From the NCBI GenBank assembly GCA_051532035.1, contig JAOPTW010000014.1, positions 133,470-197,469 of the forward strand: a stretch of DNA of 64,000 nucleotides, written 5' to 3'. Shown here piece by piece: positions 29,189 to 39,003 of the stretch; within the stretch, counting starts at the first letter, position 1, and each line of letters opens with the position of its first letter. The notes beneath the pieces are model-generated. The model was not told where the DNA came from, did no database searches, and saw only the letters and a program-made list of their open reading frames with translations. Source of the DNA: Fibrobacterales bacterium. GTDB taxonomy: Bacteria; Fibrobacterota; Fibrobacteria; Fibrobacterales; JAOPTW01. A program made the position numbers and the translations under genes.

Positions 29189-31444
29189 TTATTTTGCATC
29201 GTATGTTAGCCCATGACCAAAAGGAAATTTTGCCGCAGCATCACTACCATTAACTGGAAGGCCTTCAAGCGAACTAATCCATGCATGAGGAAGTTTCGCT
29301 GTTGCAGGTGCCTCACCAAAGAGTACATCAGCAACGCCAGCACCTTCAGAACCTGGTAACCATGCCACCGTAAACGCATCTGAATCATCAATAATGTCAT
29401 CAGATGGAATTGGTCGACCCGTTACAACAACTACTACAACTTTCATACCTTTTGCAACATACTTATCAACCATAGCTTTTTGATCACCAAGCATTCCATC
29501 TCCCGTGAAACTCATTCGATCAGCACGTCCACGCTCACTATCTGCACAAACATCACTCCACATATCACCACCGGCAATACAAGGCTCTTCATCGCCAAAC
29601 CATTCAGCATATGGATATTCACCTATAACTACGATAGCAACATCACCCGATCCAGATCCATCTCCAGCCATATCATAGGTGACATTTGATTCACCTGCAA
29701 TTTCTTTTACACCATCAAGGATAGTAGTTCCCGCATCAAGCTTTTCCCAAATATTTGTCGCATATGGGTTAGCCTTGAATTCTTCCCCGCTTCCATCATT
29801 TCCTTGCCAATAACGAGTCCAGCCACCTGAGGTAAGACCTGTGTGGTCAGCATGCTTCCCAACCACTACAAATGTTTGAGATTTATCTAATGGAAGTACA
29901 TCGCCTTCATTTTTCAAAACAGTAATTGTTTTTTGCACTGCTTCTCTTGCCAATTCTTTATACTCAGTTGAACCAATATTACTTTGATATGAATGCCCTG
30001 CATCTGTGCCCTCAAAAAGACCAAGACGGTATTTCAAACGAAGTATACGAGATACCGCATCATTAATACGTTCTTCAGAAACTTTATTGTCTTTAACTGC
30101 CGCAAGTAGTTCAGCATAGGTTTGTGAATGGTGAGCAGTTACAGGGTATGTAACTTGATCGGGATGAGGATCAGCAGCCATTAACATATCAACCCCTGCA
30201 TTTACCGCATCAGCAACCGTGAGTGGCGTTTTTTCGTCCTTACCATCATCCCCACTGTTATAGCCAATACCCCAACCCTTCCAATCTGAAATTACCATCC
30301 CATCAAAACCCATATCATCCTTAAGTTTAGTGAGAAGCTCTTCATTATGGTGCATACGATATCCATTAACCTGAGTAAACCCAGCCATTACACACCCTAC
30401 ACCACGGTCAATAGCAGCCTGATATGGCGCTAAATGCTTTTCCATATCACTAGCCGATATCGTTGCATCACCACGCTCATGTCCATTGCTTGTAACCCCA
30501 TCACCAAGGAAATGTTTCGCACATGCAGAAATTGTACTCGGTGCTGAAAGATCTGAGCCTTGAAGCCCTTCTATAATAGCCCCTGTCAATGATGTTACTA
30601 TTTCTTCTGATTCACCAAATGACTCATACATACGTCCCCACCATTCGTGCTGAGACATATTCGCAACTGGACCAAAAGTAAGGTTCATTCCACCTGCCAC
30701 AACCTGCTCTGCAGTGGCTACACCAATTCGTCTTACAAGGTCAGCATCTCTACTTGCACCAAGACCAATATTATGTGGGAACACTGTAGATTTGGGTAAA
30801 AATGCGTTACCATGAACAGCATCAATACCAATAATAAGTGGTATTCCAGTGCTTGTACTCCGAGCCGCGTCCTGAAGACCTTCCATTGTTGAAGCCCAAG
30901 AACCAACATCCTGGTCTGGACCCGCACCCGCGCCATCTGCAGCTTTACTTGCATGAAGGACAGAGCCCAAACTATACGTCTCTAAATCAGCATTAATATC
31001 AGGTGAGTTAAACCATGCACCTTGAATCATTTGCCCAACTTTTTGTTCAATGGTTAACTTACCAAGCCATTCAGCAATTTCAGTAGCATAATCTGAAGAT
31101 GATACAGGGGCACTTGAAGATTCAGCCGAAGATTCATCAGAAGACACAGGAGAAGACTCATCTGAAGATGTGTTATCAGAAGAGCTATCATCATTCTCAG
31201 AAGACAATTTTTCACCAGCAGAAGAATCATCTTTCTCTGTTGAAGAGTCTACATCAGTAGATGACCCATCGCCACCTTCTTCAGAACTCACATCAGCAGT
31301 GACTGAAGTATCAACGTCTGCACTACTTTCTGATCCGTCATCAGAACTTTCATCTGGACCTACGCCTTCTTCACCACAGCCCTGAACCGTAATAAACATG
31401 AACAATGCGATAAGCACTATAAGAATTGTATTCAATTTTTTCAT
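29189..31444 (-). CDS. GH3 beta-glucosidase lipoprotein, tandem paralog
   Basis: Start MKKLNT at 31444; lipobox VQGC; GIDAVHG, WGRMYE, AKHF, VISDW, EYPYAE, AWLPGSEG. Confidence 0.93.
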   Translation of the reverse strand: MKKLNTILIVLIALFMFITVQGCGEEGVGPDESSDDGSESSADVDTSVTADVSSEEGGDGSSTDVDSSTEKDDSSAGEKLSSENDDSSSDNTSSDESSPVSSDESSAESSSAPVSSSDYATEIAEWLGKLTIEQKVGQMIQGAWFNSPDINADLETYSLGSVLHASKAADGAGAGPDQDVGSWASTMEGLQDAARSTSTGIPLIIGIDAVHGNAFLPKSTVFPHNIGLGASRDADLVRRIGVATAEQVVAGGMNLTFGPVANMSQHEWWGRMYESFGESEEIVTSLTGAIIEGLQGSDLSAPSTISACAKHFLGDGVTSNGHERGDATISASDMEKHLAPYQAAIDRGVGCVMAGFTQVNGYRMHHNEELLTKLKDDMGFDGMVISDWKGWGIGYNSGDDGKDEKTPLTVADAVNAGVDMLMAADPHPDQVTYPVTAHHSQTYAELLAAVKDNKVSEERINDAVSRILRLKYRLGLFEGTDAGHSYQSNIGSTEYKELAREAVQKTITVLKNEGDVLPLDKSQTFVVVGKHADHTGLTSGGWTRYWQGNDGSGEEFKANPYATNIWEKLDAGTTILDGVKEIAGESNVTYDMAGDGSGSGDVAIVVIGEYPYAEWFGDEEPCIAGGDMWSDVCADSERGRADRMSFTGDGMLGDQKAMVDKYVAKGMKVVVVVVTGRPIPSDDIIDDSDAFTVAWLPGSEGAGVADVLFGEAPATAKLPHAWISSLEGLPVNGSDAAAKFPFGHGLTYDAK

Positions 31445-31883
31445 ATGTATTATCCCTAACAATTGATTAATTTTTGAAAGCCACATGACTTTCTATTTTC
31501 GCCTCTATAAAGTAGATTCATTATTTAAATTTCGCATGAAAAAACTCTTCCTTTTAGTAATATTCCAACACATTTTATGGAGTACTTTGTCCACACTTAT
31601 CTCAATACATAATGATCTTTTTTATCATTTAAAGCAAAACAACCTGATTACCAACAATAATGGCGCCTTCAAACACCTAATAATACCTCAATTATTTGTC
31701 TTCACCATTATTTCATGCTTTCACCAACAACCAAACAACCAATTACCCCCCATTATTTAAGACCAATTAATCCATTACCTCAACACACCCTAATCCCCAT
31801 AAAAAGGGGTTAAAACCAACCATTCCTCAAGGAATATCCATCATACTAACCAGAGGCATTTCACTAAAACCAAATTTGAGCAT

Positions 31884-31921
31884 AAAAAAAGGCCAAGAGT
31901 AGTATCTACCCTTAGCCTTTT
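31884..31921 (-). terminator. intrinsic terminator
   Basis: Minus strand AAAAGGCTAAGGGTAG-loop-CTACTCTTGGCCTTTTTTT with G.U pairs. Confidence 0.75.
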
Positions 31922-31951
31922 GACTCATTTTTTGTCTATTATTATCTGAAT

Positions 31952-33325
31952 TTATTCCCCAGTATCACTACCAGGGTAAAAGTGAATAACCTCTATTCCA
32001 TGAATCTTGATATTATCAATTATGAAGTTACCCTCATCGAGAAACCTAAACACAACTGCAGCCGTTCGTGTTGCCGCTTGTTTAAAGTCAATATCGCGCT
32101 CTTCAACAAGAGACCCAGGCCTACGGATGAAGTTTTCAGCTCGTATGGTCACTTCGTGCCACCCACCACCAAGTGCTACAGGCACATAAAAGTCTAGATG
32201 ATCTTCTAAGGTATACGCTGATTGAATAAAGAATTCAAATTTACCCGTTCCACTTATTGCAAAGGTAATACTGTCCATGGCTGATATATCGGCCCATACA
32301 GAACTGGTGACTGCATCAGCACCTTCCCCAAAATTGAGGCCAAGATTCATCCACTGAAGGTTCTCATAATCAACAAAAGTTATCTGTTGTTGATACGCCC
32401 AGTCACCATCGCCACCAGGCCCCGTAACCATCATCAATTCCATCTGCGTATTATTACTTGGCCAATAAGAAGCGCCTTCAGCATGCTGCCACCATTGCCC
32501 ATTGCCCCCCCATGTTGAGAGACTTCCAAAGTGATCCTTATCCTGAAAATCTTCTAGAGTAATATGATTCTGTTCATAATAAATTGAGTCAACCTCTTCC
32601 CCGCCAGGGCGAAGTTTGTATTGATTAACCACTGTAATAGTTTCACTTGCATCATCCACAAACGCAAGATCAAAGTTCCCATCTGGAACTGCATCGAATG
32701 CAAAATCACCCGCATCACTAACCGCCGAACAGAACGGTGTACTCTGTAAACAGATCTCACTATTCTTGGGAACATACCCACCCACATTGCCATTGTGCTC
32801 AGTGAGGGGTCCTGTTGCAACCGTATCACCATCAATACTCGCAGTGAGTGCCATAAACAACCCTTCCTGCTCGTGCTCAATTAACAAACTCCAGTTATCC
32901 TCGGCCAAAGCCGGTATATATACATTACCCGAGTCATCAGAGATAAGGCTGTGAGAACCAATGAGTGAATCCTGAAAAAGACCATTCTCCCAACCCGACT
33001 GAGAAACTAGTGTCACTGGTACCTTAGCAGCTATTTCACCGCTTGCATTTTGAAGTCGAAAGTTCATCCCTTCACTACTCTCACTCGAAAACACTTCAGA
33101 ACTTGAAGGGAGTATAGTGGAGCTACTCTGGGCCCCGCCTCCTTCAGAAGAGTTCACCTGTTCTGAACTCATGTACTCTACAGACGAAAGTACACTACTT
33201 GAGCTCACTTCCGCTATGGTATTTTGAGTTTCAGACGTATTGGTCTCACCAGCAAACAGCCCATCCATAGTACTGCAGCCAGTCAACAAAGCTAACGCCC
33301 CTAAGCCTAAGATAAGATAGTTCAT
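31952..33325 (-). CDS. lipoprotein with C-terminal CBM11/CIA30-like domain
   Basis: Lipobox LTGC; GETNTSETQNTIA; C-terminus LEDFQD..DISAMDSITFAISG..WHEVTI..IIDNIKI. ATGA overlap with TIGR02147. Confidence 0.7.
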   Translation of the reverse strand: MNYLILGLGALALLTGCSTMDGLFAGETNTSETQNTIAEVSSSSVLSSVEYMSSEQVNSSEGGGAQSSSTILPSSSEVFSSESSEGMNFRLQNASGEIAAKVPVTLVSQSGWENGLFQDSLIGSHSLISDDSGNVYIPALAEDNWSLLIEHEQEGLFMALTASIDGDTVATGPLTEHNGNVGGYVPKNSEICLQSTPFCSAVSDAGDFAFDAVPDGNFDLAFVDDASETITVVNQYKLRPGGEEVDSIYYEQNHITLEDFQDKDHFGSLSTWGGNGQWWQHAEGASYWPSNNTQMELMMVTGPGGDGDWAYQQQITFVDYENLQWMNLGLNFGEGADAVTSSVWADISAMDSITFAISGTGKFEFFIQSAYTLEDHLDFYVPVALGGGWHEVTIRAENFIRRPGSLVEERDIDFKQAATRTAAVVFRFLDEGNFIIDNIKIHGIEVIHFYPGSDTGE

Positions 33326-34143
33326 TCTTTGCCCTCCCGAGATAAGGGATAGACTTGAAAATTTACCTGATAAATTGTGTCGGGATTTTTATCCATATCA
33401 ACACACTGTCGTATCGCTTCACGACAATCTTCTATAATTTTTTTCACCGATTCCATAGTATTCTTATTTATTGCGACTGTAATAGTTGAGATATCACGTT
33501 CTTCTGGTGGGTGCGCTTCAAGAGAGCGCGAAGCCATAGTCAGCATCTCTTTCTGAAAAGTTCGAATAGCCTGACGGTCCGACGCTTTTCCTGATGAAAT
33601 ATGCCGATAGGTTGGCTTTAATACACCTGCATCCGTATTCTCAATGATTTTTGAACGCAGCATAAAGGTTATAGCCTGCTTGACCTGTAGTGGCCTCAAA
33701 GGTGGATCAAGCTTGCGAGCAATCTCTTCGTACTCATCACTAAAATCATTAAGACCAAGCATGGCTCTAATGGCCGTATAGTACCATTTAGAGTAAAATT
33801 TATATTGAATTGAAGTAAGAGTAAAGCCTTTAACTGCACGTAACTTAATGAGGTTTTCATAGTGAAGCTTAGTCTCTTTATCCGATTTTGCCCGGCAAAA
33901 AAAGACCAATGTTTCGAAATAATCAGCCTTAGAACCGGTAAGCTCACAGAGTTTTAAAAAGGCAGGTATTTTTTTAACCGGTATATGACGTTGAGCAGAG
34001 ACTATTTTTGCCAAATATGAAGCATCCATATCGACCCGCTGGCCCATATGTTGGAAAGAAAAAAAGAAATTTTCTGCCTTTTTCTCTTCGTAAAACTCTT
34101 TGAGAAACTCCCGATAATCTAAAAATTCATATATCGGCTTCAT
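33322..34143 (-). CDS. TIGR02147 (DUF4423) family protein
   Basis: IYEFLDYREFLKEFY..FSF, WYYTAIR, ERDISTIT, IYQVNFQVYPLS signatures; 273 aa. Confidence 0.9.
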   Translation of the reverse strand: MKPIYEFLDYREFLKEFYEEKKAENFFFSFQHMGQRVDMDASYLAKIVSAQRHIPVKKIPAFLKLCELTGSKADYFETLVFFCRAKSDKETKLHYENLIKLRAVKGFTLTSIQYKFYSKWYYTAIRAMLGLNDFSDEYEEIARKLDPPLRPLQVKQAITFMLRSKIIENTDAGVLKPTYRHISSGKASDRQAIRTFQKEMLTMASRSLEAHPPEERDISTITVAINKNTMESVKKIIEDCREAIRQCVDMDKNPDTIYQVNFQVYPLSREGKE

Positions 34144-34348
34144 GAAGGCCCCGCCAGGTATAGTTATGCATAAGACTTAATCTATCCAAATGTAGAAACT
34201 TATGCAATCTATTTGTCCATATGGAAAGAGTAGATTTGCAAATAATTATTTACATTTTGCCAAAAATAAGGCCAAAACACAATTTTCCCAAAATAAAACA
34301 GTCACTCATAAAACTATTTTTGTCCACACAACCTCTTCAATGAAGCGG

Positions 34349-34775
34349 TTATTTAGAGAAAATTACCGACTGACTATCGTAAGCACCATTTTTGAATTTA
34401 AGAACATACACTCCACTCGGAACAGTAGAGAGGTCATGAGAACGTTCTTTTAAGGACAATACCTTTATTTTTGTACCATGAATGATGCTCACTTGTATTT
34501 GCTATCGACGCTTCACCTGTTGGAAAATTATCATCGAGCAACCCTGCCATCATCTTAGTTTTGACAACCCTCTGCACAGCATTCTCTAGCACTTCACTGG
34601 AGACGAGCCCTTGCTCATGCAGATAAATGAGATAGGCATTATAGTGATCACTCCCCATACAAAGGTCATTGCCAGCATTAATAGCATCTTCAGTTACATG
34701 AATTGAGTTCCAATTGGACATCACGAAAAATGGGTAGCCCCACCGTTTTTTTTAAAATTGTATTGAGCAGTAACC
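34349..34775 (-). pseudogene. GH3 remnant fused by deletion to a T9SS-like C-terminal tail
   Basis: LLNTILKK/(frameshift in A8 run)/RWGYPFFVMSNW..AINAGNDLCM..NAVQRVV..K..GLLD, then in another frame DLSTVPSGVYVLKFKNG..IFSK*. Confidence 0.75.
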
Positions 34776-34873
34776 ATAAGGCATAGTGTGTCTGCGTAGA
34801 ATAACTCTATGGATAAATATAAACTGATTACCCTTTTAGACCAATGAGTTTATGTATTAACAACAGTTAGACA

Positions 34874-35071
34874 CTAACCATCCTCTTCACTGAGCGCATC
34901 AACCCACACCTCGCCCTCTTCAGAAACGGTAATATCTAAAATTATAGGGCGACAACACACTTCACAATCTTCAATATAATTTTGATGATCTACCGAACAA
35001 TCCACAGATATTTCAAATGATTGCCAACAGTAGGGGCACTGTACAGAGTATGGCACAACTTCATAGCGCAT
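34874..35071 (-). CDS. CPXCG-motif cysteine-rich protein
   Basis: CPYCW..VDCS..Q.YIEDCEVCCRPI. Confidence 0.85.
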   Translation of the reverse strand: MRYEVVPYSVQCPYCWQSFEISVDCSVDHQNYIEDCEVCCRPIILDITVSEEGEVWVDALSEEDG

Positions 35072-35074
35072 AGG

Positions 35075-35389
35075 TTAGTGCTTATGACCTGCATTCACCG
35101 AATCAATATGCTCTTTCAAATTACCGGTAAACATCTCTTTATACTGTTCAGTAAACCATTCAATAGTTGACTTTGGGTCATCATTGATACAGGTAGCACC
35201 GGTGGTAACTTCAAATGCATTAAAGCGTGACGCTGCATACCGAAATGCTGCACTTACCCGAGGGAGGTCGTGTTTTTCTGCGAGCAACCCATTGGCCACT
35301 TCAATAAACTTATCAGCCATTTCAAGAAGATCTTGCTGATCATTAGGTCCAGGCTTTATCTCACCCTGTTCATTCTGTTCAATTGACAT
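35075..35389 (-). CDS. DUF3144-family protein
   Basis: ADKFIEVAN..VSAAFRYAASRFNAF..WFTEQYKEM..NL signature. Confidence 0.75.
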   Translation of the reverse strand: MSIEQNEQGEIKPGPNDQQDLLEMADKFIEVANGLLAEKHDLPRVSAAFRYAASRFNAFEVTTGATCINDDPKSTIEWFTEQYKEMFTGNLKEHIDSVNAGHKH

Positions 35390-35693
35390 TATACACTCCT
35401 CTGATTTTTAGTAAAAAATAGTTATTTCACTCCATTTCGCTTATTGACGTGCCATTAATATCAAATCTGTGTTCGTTAATTACACATCAACGTCCAGATA
35501 ATAGACTCTCAAAACAATTGAACTATTAGTCTACCCTATAGAATGCTTAAAAAGCGATAGATCGTGTTATTTTTACTCCTTCCACAGCAGAATAAATATA
35601 GTTTTCAGCTATATACCCATAAAATATGCCCTATTCTACACATCCATATACAGGGAACTCGAGGCTATTTTAACACCCCTAGGACCTCTTTAG

Positions 35694-38600
35694 ATGCAAT
35701 TTATTGTTGCGACTGTTTTACTTATTTCAATCTCCCTTTTTGGGCAAGAGCAAACGCGCACCTTGCATGTATACTCCCCTTGGAAAAAAAGTATCCCCCT
35801 TCTTACCTTCCTTGATAGCTCCACAGGAACTCTCATACAAGACAGAGAGGAGTGCGGCTGGTATACCTATACCGACACAACATCAGGAACCTTCCCTCTT
35901 TTTTTAATTAAAACAAAAGCTGGGGAACAGTATGGTACCGATGGCGAGGGCAGTGACACCTATCTCGATATTAACACGCAGTTTCCTTCTGGAGACAATA
36001 GTGCACTCTACCTCACCTTTACCAACAGCTATTATGAGGCTACTAAAACACGCCCCGACATCCCCGATGCAGAGTGTTTAATTGGCCTATTAAAAGCAAC
36101 TCTTTTTGATTGGACTGCTGACGACTTCATGCGCAGCTCAGACTCAACACCTGCTTTTGAGCCCAATGGCGGCATCTGTGAAACTGATTCTGATTACATT
36201 TCCCGTGGATTAGTAAAAAACAGACTCGATAGTAATGGTCTACCAGAGCCAAGTGACCAAGCATCGCGATGCATGGCCGAAAAAGTAACCGACTGGTTCC
36301 AGGAACGTACCGTTAATTTTAAAAGCAACCAGCACTGTCTCGACCTCAACCTCACTCCCAATGAGCGCGGAAACTTTGCCCTTGAATATGTTCGTGAAAA
36401 CCCCAAAGAATGGGTGAATCCCAAAGGGTTTTTCCCGCTGGACACCTTTGACCACCCAAACAATAGTTTACTCTATGGAACGGAAGACCATCACAACTAC
36501 CACTTTTGTATGATGGTCAACAGCGAATTCACATACCTCACTGGTCAAGAGTTTGAATTTGAAGGCGACGACGATCTCTGGGTCTTTGTCGATAGCACTC
36601 TCGTTCTTGATCTTGGCGGCATTCACCAACCGGTTCGTGGAGTACTCCGCCTTGATAGTGTTCTTACCCCACAAGACATTAATAAAACCCATACCTTTGA
36701 TATCTTTTATTGCGAACGTAAGACAACTCTCTCAAATTTAAAAATTGAGACCGATATCGATTTTAAAGTACCCGATCAATACCATCATGAGATAGCTAAC
36801 ACAAAACAAGGTACCACAGCATACACAATATACTCCGGTAGGAGCTTTAAAGGCGGCTGCAACCCTTATGCAAATGTTGTCGACTCCACTTCTCTCTTTT
36901 ACTGGAGTAGCGACACGCTTCTCGACACAACGACTGATTCACTCCTCGCACCGGGCACCACTCACTTTGAAGGAATCGCAATTGATAGAAATAGCTTTGA
37001 ATTTTCCATAACACCAGAGAACATCTCATCGCTCCCTCTGGGCACCTATTATCTGATTCACACATCAACAACTACAGGGAGTGATACGCACTACGTAGAG
37101 GTAAAAGTCACCACTAATGAGTACTATATCACATTCGTTGACCCCAACAACAGCGATCGCCAATTTACTGACGCTAAACCTATGGCCCCCATATTTTTGG
37201 GCACCGACCAATCAACCTCATTTGCTGTGAGAGTATTTGAAATATTTAATGAAGGTAACGGCTATGACACCGTCCCTTGCATTGATTGTGAAGGAACATT
37301 TTTCATTACAGCAAGCGATACTGCTCTCACTGTAACTGACTCACTTGTCTCAAAAGAGCTCCTTACCTTTGGTATTACCGCAGCAGTTCCAGTCACCCTG
37401 GGGCAGCTCTCCATAACCTATACACCTGACGTTAACGCCCCCCTCCCTGCAAAGAAAGAACCAAGAGAAACTGAATCGGCAGAAATCACCTTTAGCGCCA
37501 ATCCAAACTTCTACCCCGCCCCTAGTGGCCATGGCTATATAGATCAGGATAGTGACGGCACAATGGATCGCATTGTCATTCGATTTGATAACATCCCTCC
37601 TGATGATGCCATTGAAAGCCTCAAGATCTCTTTTAAATGGCCACACTCAAAAGAAACACCGCTTATACCAGAACCTGGAAATTTTCACCGCGCAGATGAC
37701 TCACTTTTTGCCTATTGGGATATCCCCACTGACCAATATACTATCCGGCCCTACACCACAAGTATCGTAGATAAGGTTTTTGAAGAGGCCACTGTAACCT
37801 ACCAATACCCTTGGATGGAAGAACCCGAAGAGTACACTATTACATTGAGCGACATGATGCCTCCCGTAATCGTTCAAGCATGGCTCTATCAAGGTGACCT
37901 TAAAGACACCCTCGTCGTTACCCTCTCCGAAGAGGTACAACTCAGAAGCACCTATAAAAATGGTACACGAAACTACGAACTTAAACCTAAAAAAGAGGAT
38001 GAGTACGAATCACTTAGAGCCGACAAGAGCTCACTCTACCACACTGATAACAAATGGATGGTACAGACACTCTTTTTTGATGTGTCTGGCTCACCTGAAG
38101 ACCACCCTATTTGGCAAGGGGACTACCTAAAAATAACAGAAGGTGCCGATCGTATACGCGACCCCTATGACAACCTTCCCGGTGATTCTACCCTTGCAGT
38201 TGTTGTAAAAGCTATCGTAAACAATAAAACAACTAAAAATGATTTTATCTACATAGAGAGTGACTATTTAGATGAATCATTTGACTCCTTTGAATCTCAA
38301 GTATTTATCCCCAATGGGCAGAGCATTATCGACTCTCTTAAAGCCGGTATTATGAAGCCTGCTCACATGAAGGATATACTCTGGCACCTTATGGATGATG
38401 ACGGCAAAAAGGAAGACAATGCGTCACGATTTTCTTTTGTCTACTCCCTCTCTATTTATAGTACACTCGGCACCTTTGTAAATAACATCAGCTCAAAAGT
38501 TTCTTGCGATGACACTCAACTCTTTGGTAATTCATGTCTTGAATTTAGCGCAGCCGATTCACCCAGTTTTGCACTTTACATTCCGCCCTTCTCTAATGAT

Positions 38601-38738
38601 CAACGTCTTCTGGGAACCGGTGTCTATATCGTTCGATTTGAAGGGTATTACCGATACGACCCCAAAGGCGATGGCCCCATTATCACCACAACCCCAGAAC
38701 ATGATTTTTTTAACATCGGCGTTCTTCGTAAAGAGTAA
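35694..38738 (+). CDS. fibro-slime (PA14-like) domain secreted protein
   Basis: HNYHFCM..F.FEGDDDLWVFVD..LVLDLGGIH..FYCER; N-terminal HVYSPW..CGWYTY module; C-terminal IYSTLGTFV..GTGVYI. Confidence 0.9.
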   Translation: MQFIVATVLLISISLFGQEQTRTLHVYSPWKKSIPLLTFLDSSTGTLIQDREECGWYTYTDTTSGTFPLFLIKTKAGEQYGTDGEGSDTYLDINTQFPSGDNSALYLTFTNSYYEATKTRPDIPDAECLIGLLKATLFDWTADDFMRSSDSTPAFEPNGGICETDSDYISRGLVKNRLDSNGLPEPSDQASRCMAEKVTDWFQERTVNFKSNQHCLDLNLTPNERGNFALEYVRENPKEWVNPKGFFPLDTFDHPNNSLLYGTEDHHNYHFCMMVNSEFTYLTGQEFEFEGDDDLWVFVDSTLVLDLGGIHQPVRGVLRLDSVLTPQDINKTHTFDIFYCERKTTLSNLKIETDIDFKVPDQYHHEIANTKQGTTAYTIYSGRSFKGGCNPYANVVDSTSLFYWSSDTLLDTTTDSLLAPGTTHFEGIAIDRNSFEFSITPENISSLPLGTYYLIHTSTTTGSDTHYVEVKVTTNEYYITFVDPNNSDRQFTDAKPMAPIFLGTDQSTSFAVRVFEIFNEGNGYDTVPCIDCEGTFFITASDTALTVTDSLVSKELLTFGITAAVPVTLGQLSITYTPDVNAPLPAKKEPRETESAEITFSANPNFYPAPSGHGYIDQDSDGTMDRIVIRFDNIPPDDAIESLKISFKWPHSKETPLIPEPGNFHRADDSLFAYWDIPTDQYTIRPYTTSIVDKVFEEATVTYQYPWMEEPEEYTITLSDMMPPVIVQAWLYQGDLKDTLVVTLSEEVQLRSTYKNGTRNYELKPKKEDEYESLRADKSSLYHTDNKWMVQTLFFDVSGSPEDHPIWQGDYLKITEGADRIRDPYDNLPGDSTLAVVVKAIVNNKTTKNDFIYIESDYLDESFDSFESQVFIPNGQSIIDSLKAGIMKPAHMKDILWHLMDDDGKKEDNASRFSFVYSLSIYSTLGTFVNNISSKVSCDDTQLFGNSCLEFSAADSPSFALYIPPFSNDQRLLGTGVYIVRFEGYYRYDPKGDGPIITTTPEHDFFNIGVLRKE

Positions 38739-38777
38739 CTTAAATAGCTACTCTTTAGCCCAAACACCACAAGTAGC

Positions 38778-38800
38778 GTAAATGTAAAGTTTACATTTAC
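38778..38800. promoter_or_regulatory. perfect 23-bp palindrome, candidate operator
   Basis: GTAAATGTAAA-G-TTTACATTTAC between the two fibro-slime genes. Confidence 0.45.
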
Positions 38801-39003
38801 ACCATTCTGGACAGACTTGTCCTGAGAGTGTGCTTCACTTTCTACCCCCGTCATCCTTTTTAATTTCGAGAACCTATTTTTTCTATCACTGCAAATAGAA
38901 CGGTTTGGGCACCGTATTGAATTTAATATTCTTACAATTTATTCTCTAAAATCTATAGCATAAAACCATATACACTTATCTGATTGAGAGAGGGCACACA
39001 CTT

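Noticed and set aside
35438..35455. TGGCACG..GC upstream of the DUF3144 gene as a second sigma54 promoter
   Set aside because: GG-to-GC spacing is 11 nt rather than the required 10, and the TTGC half is absent.
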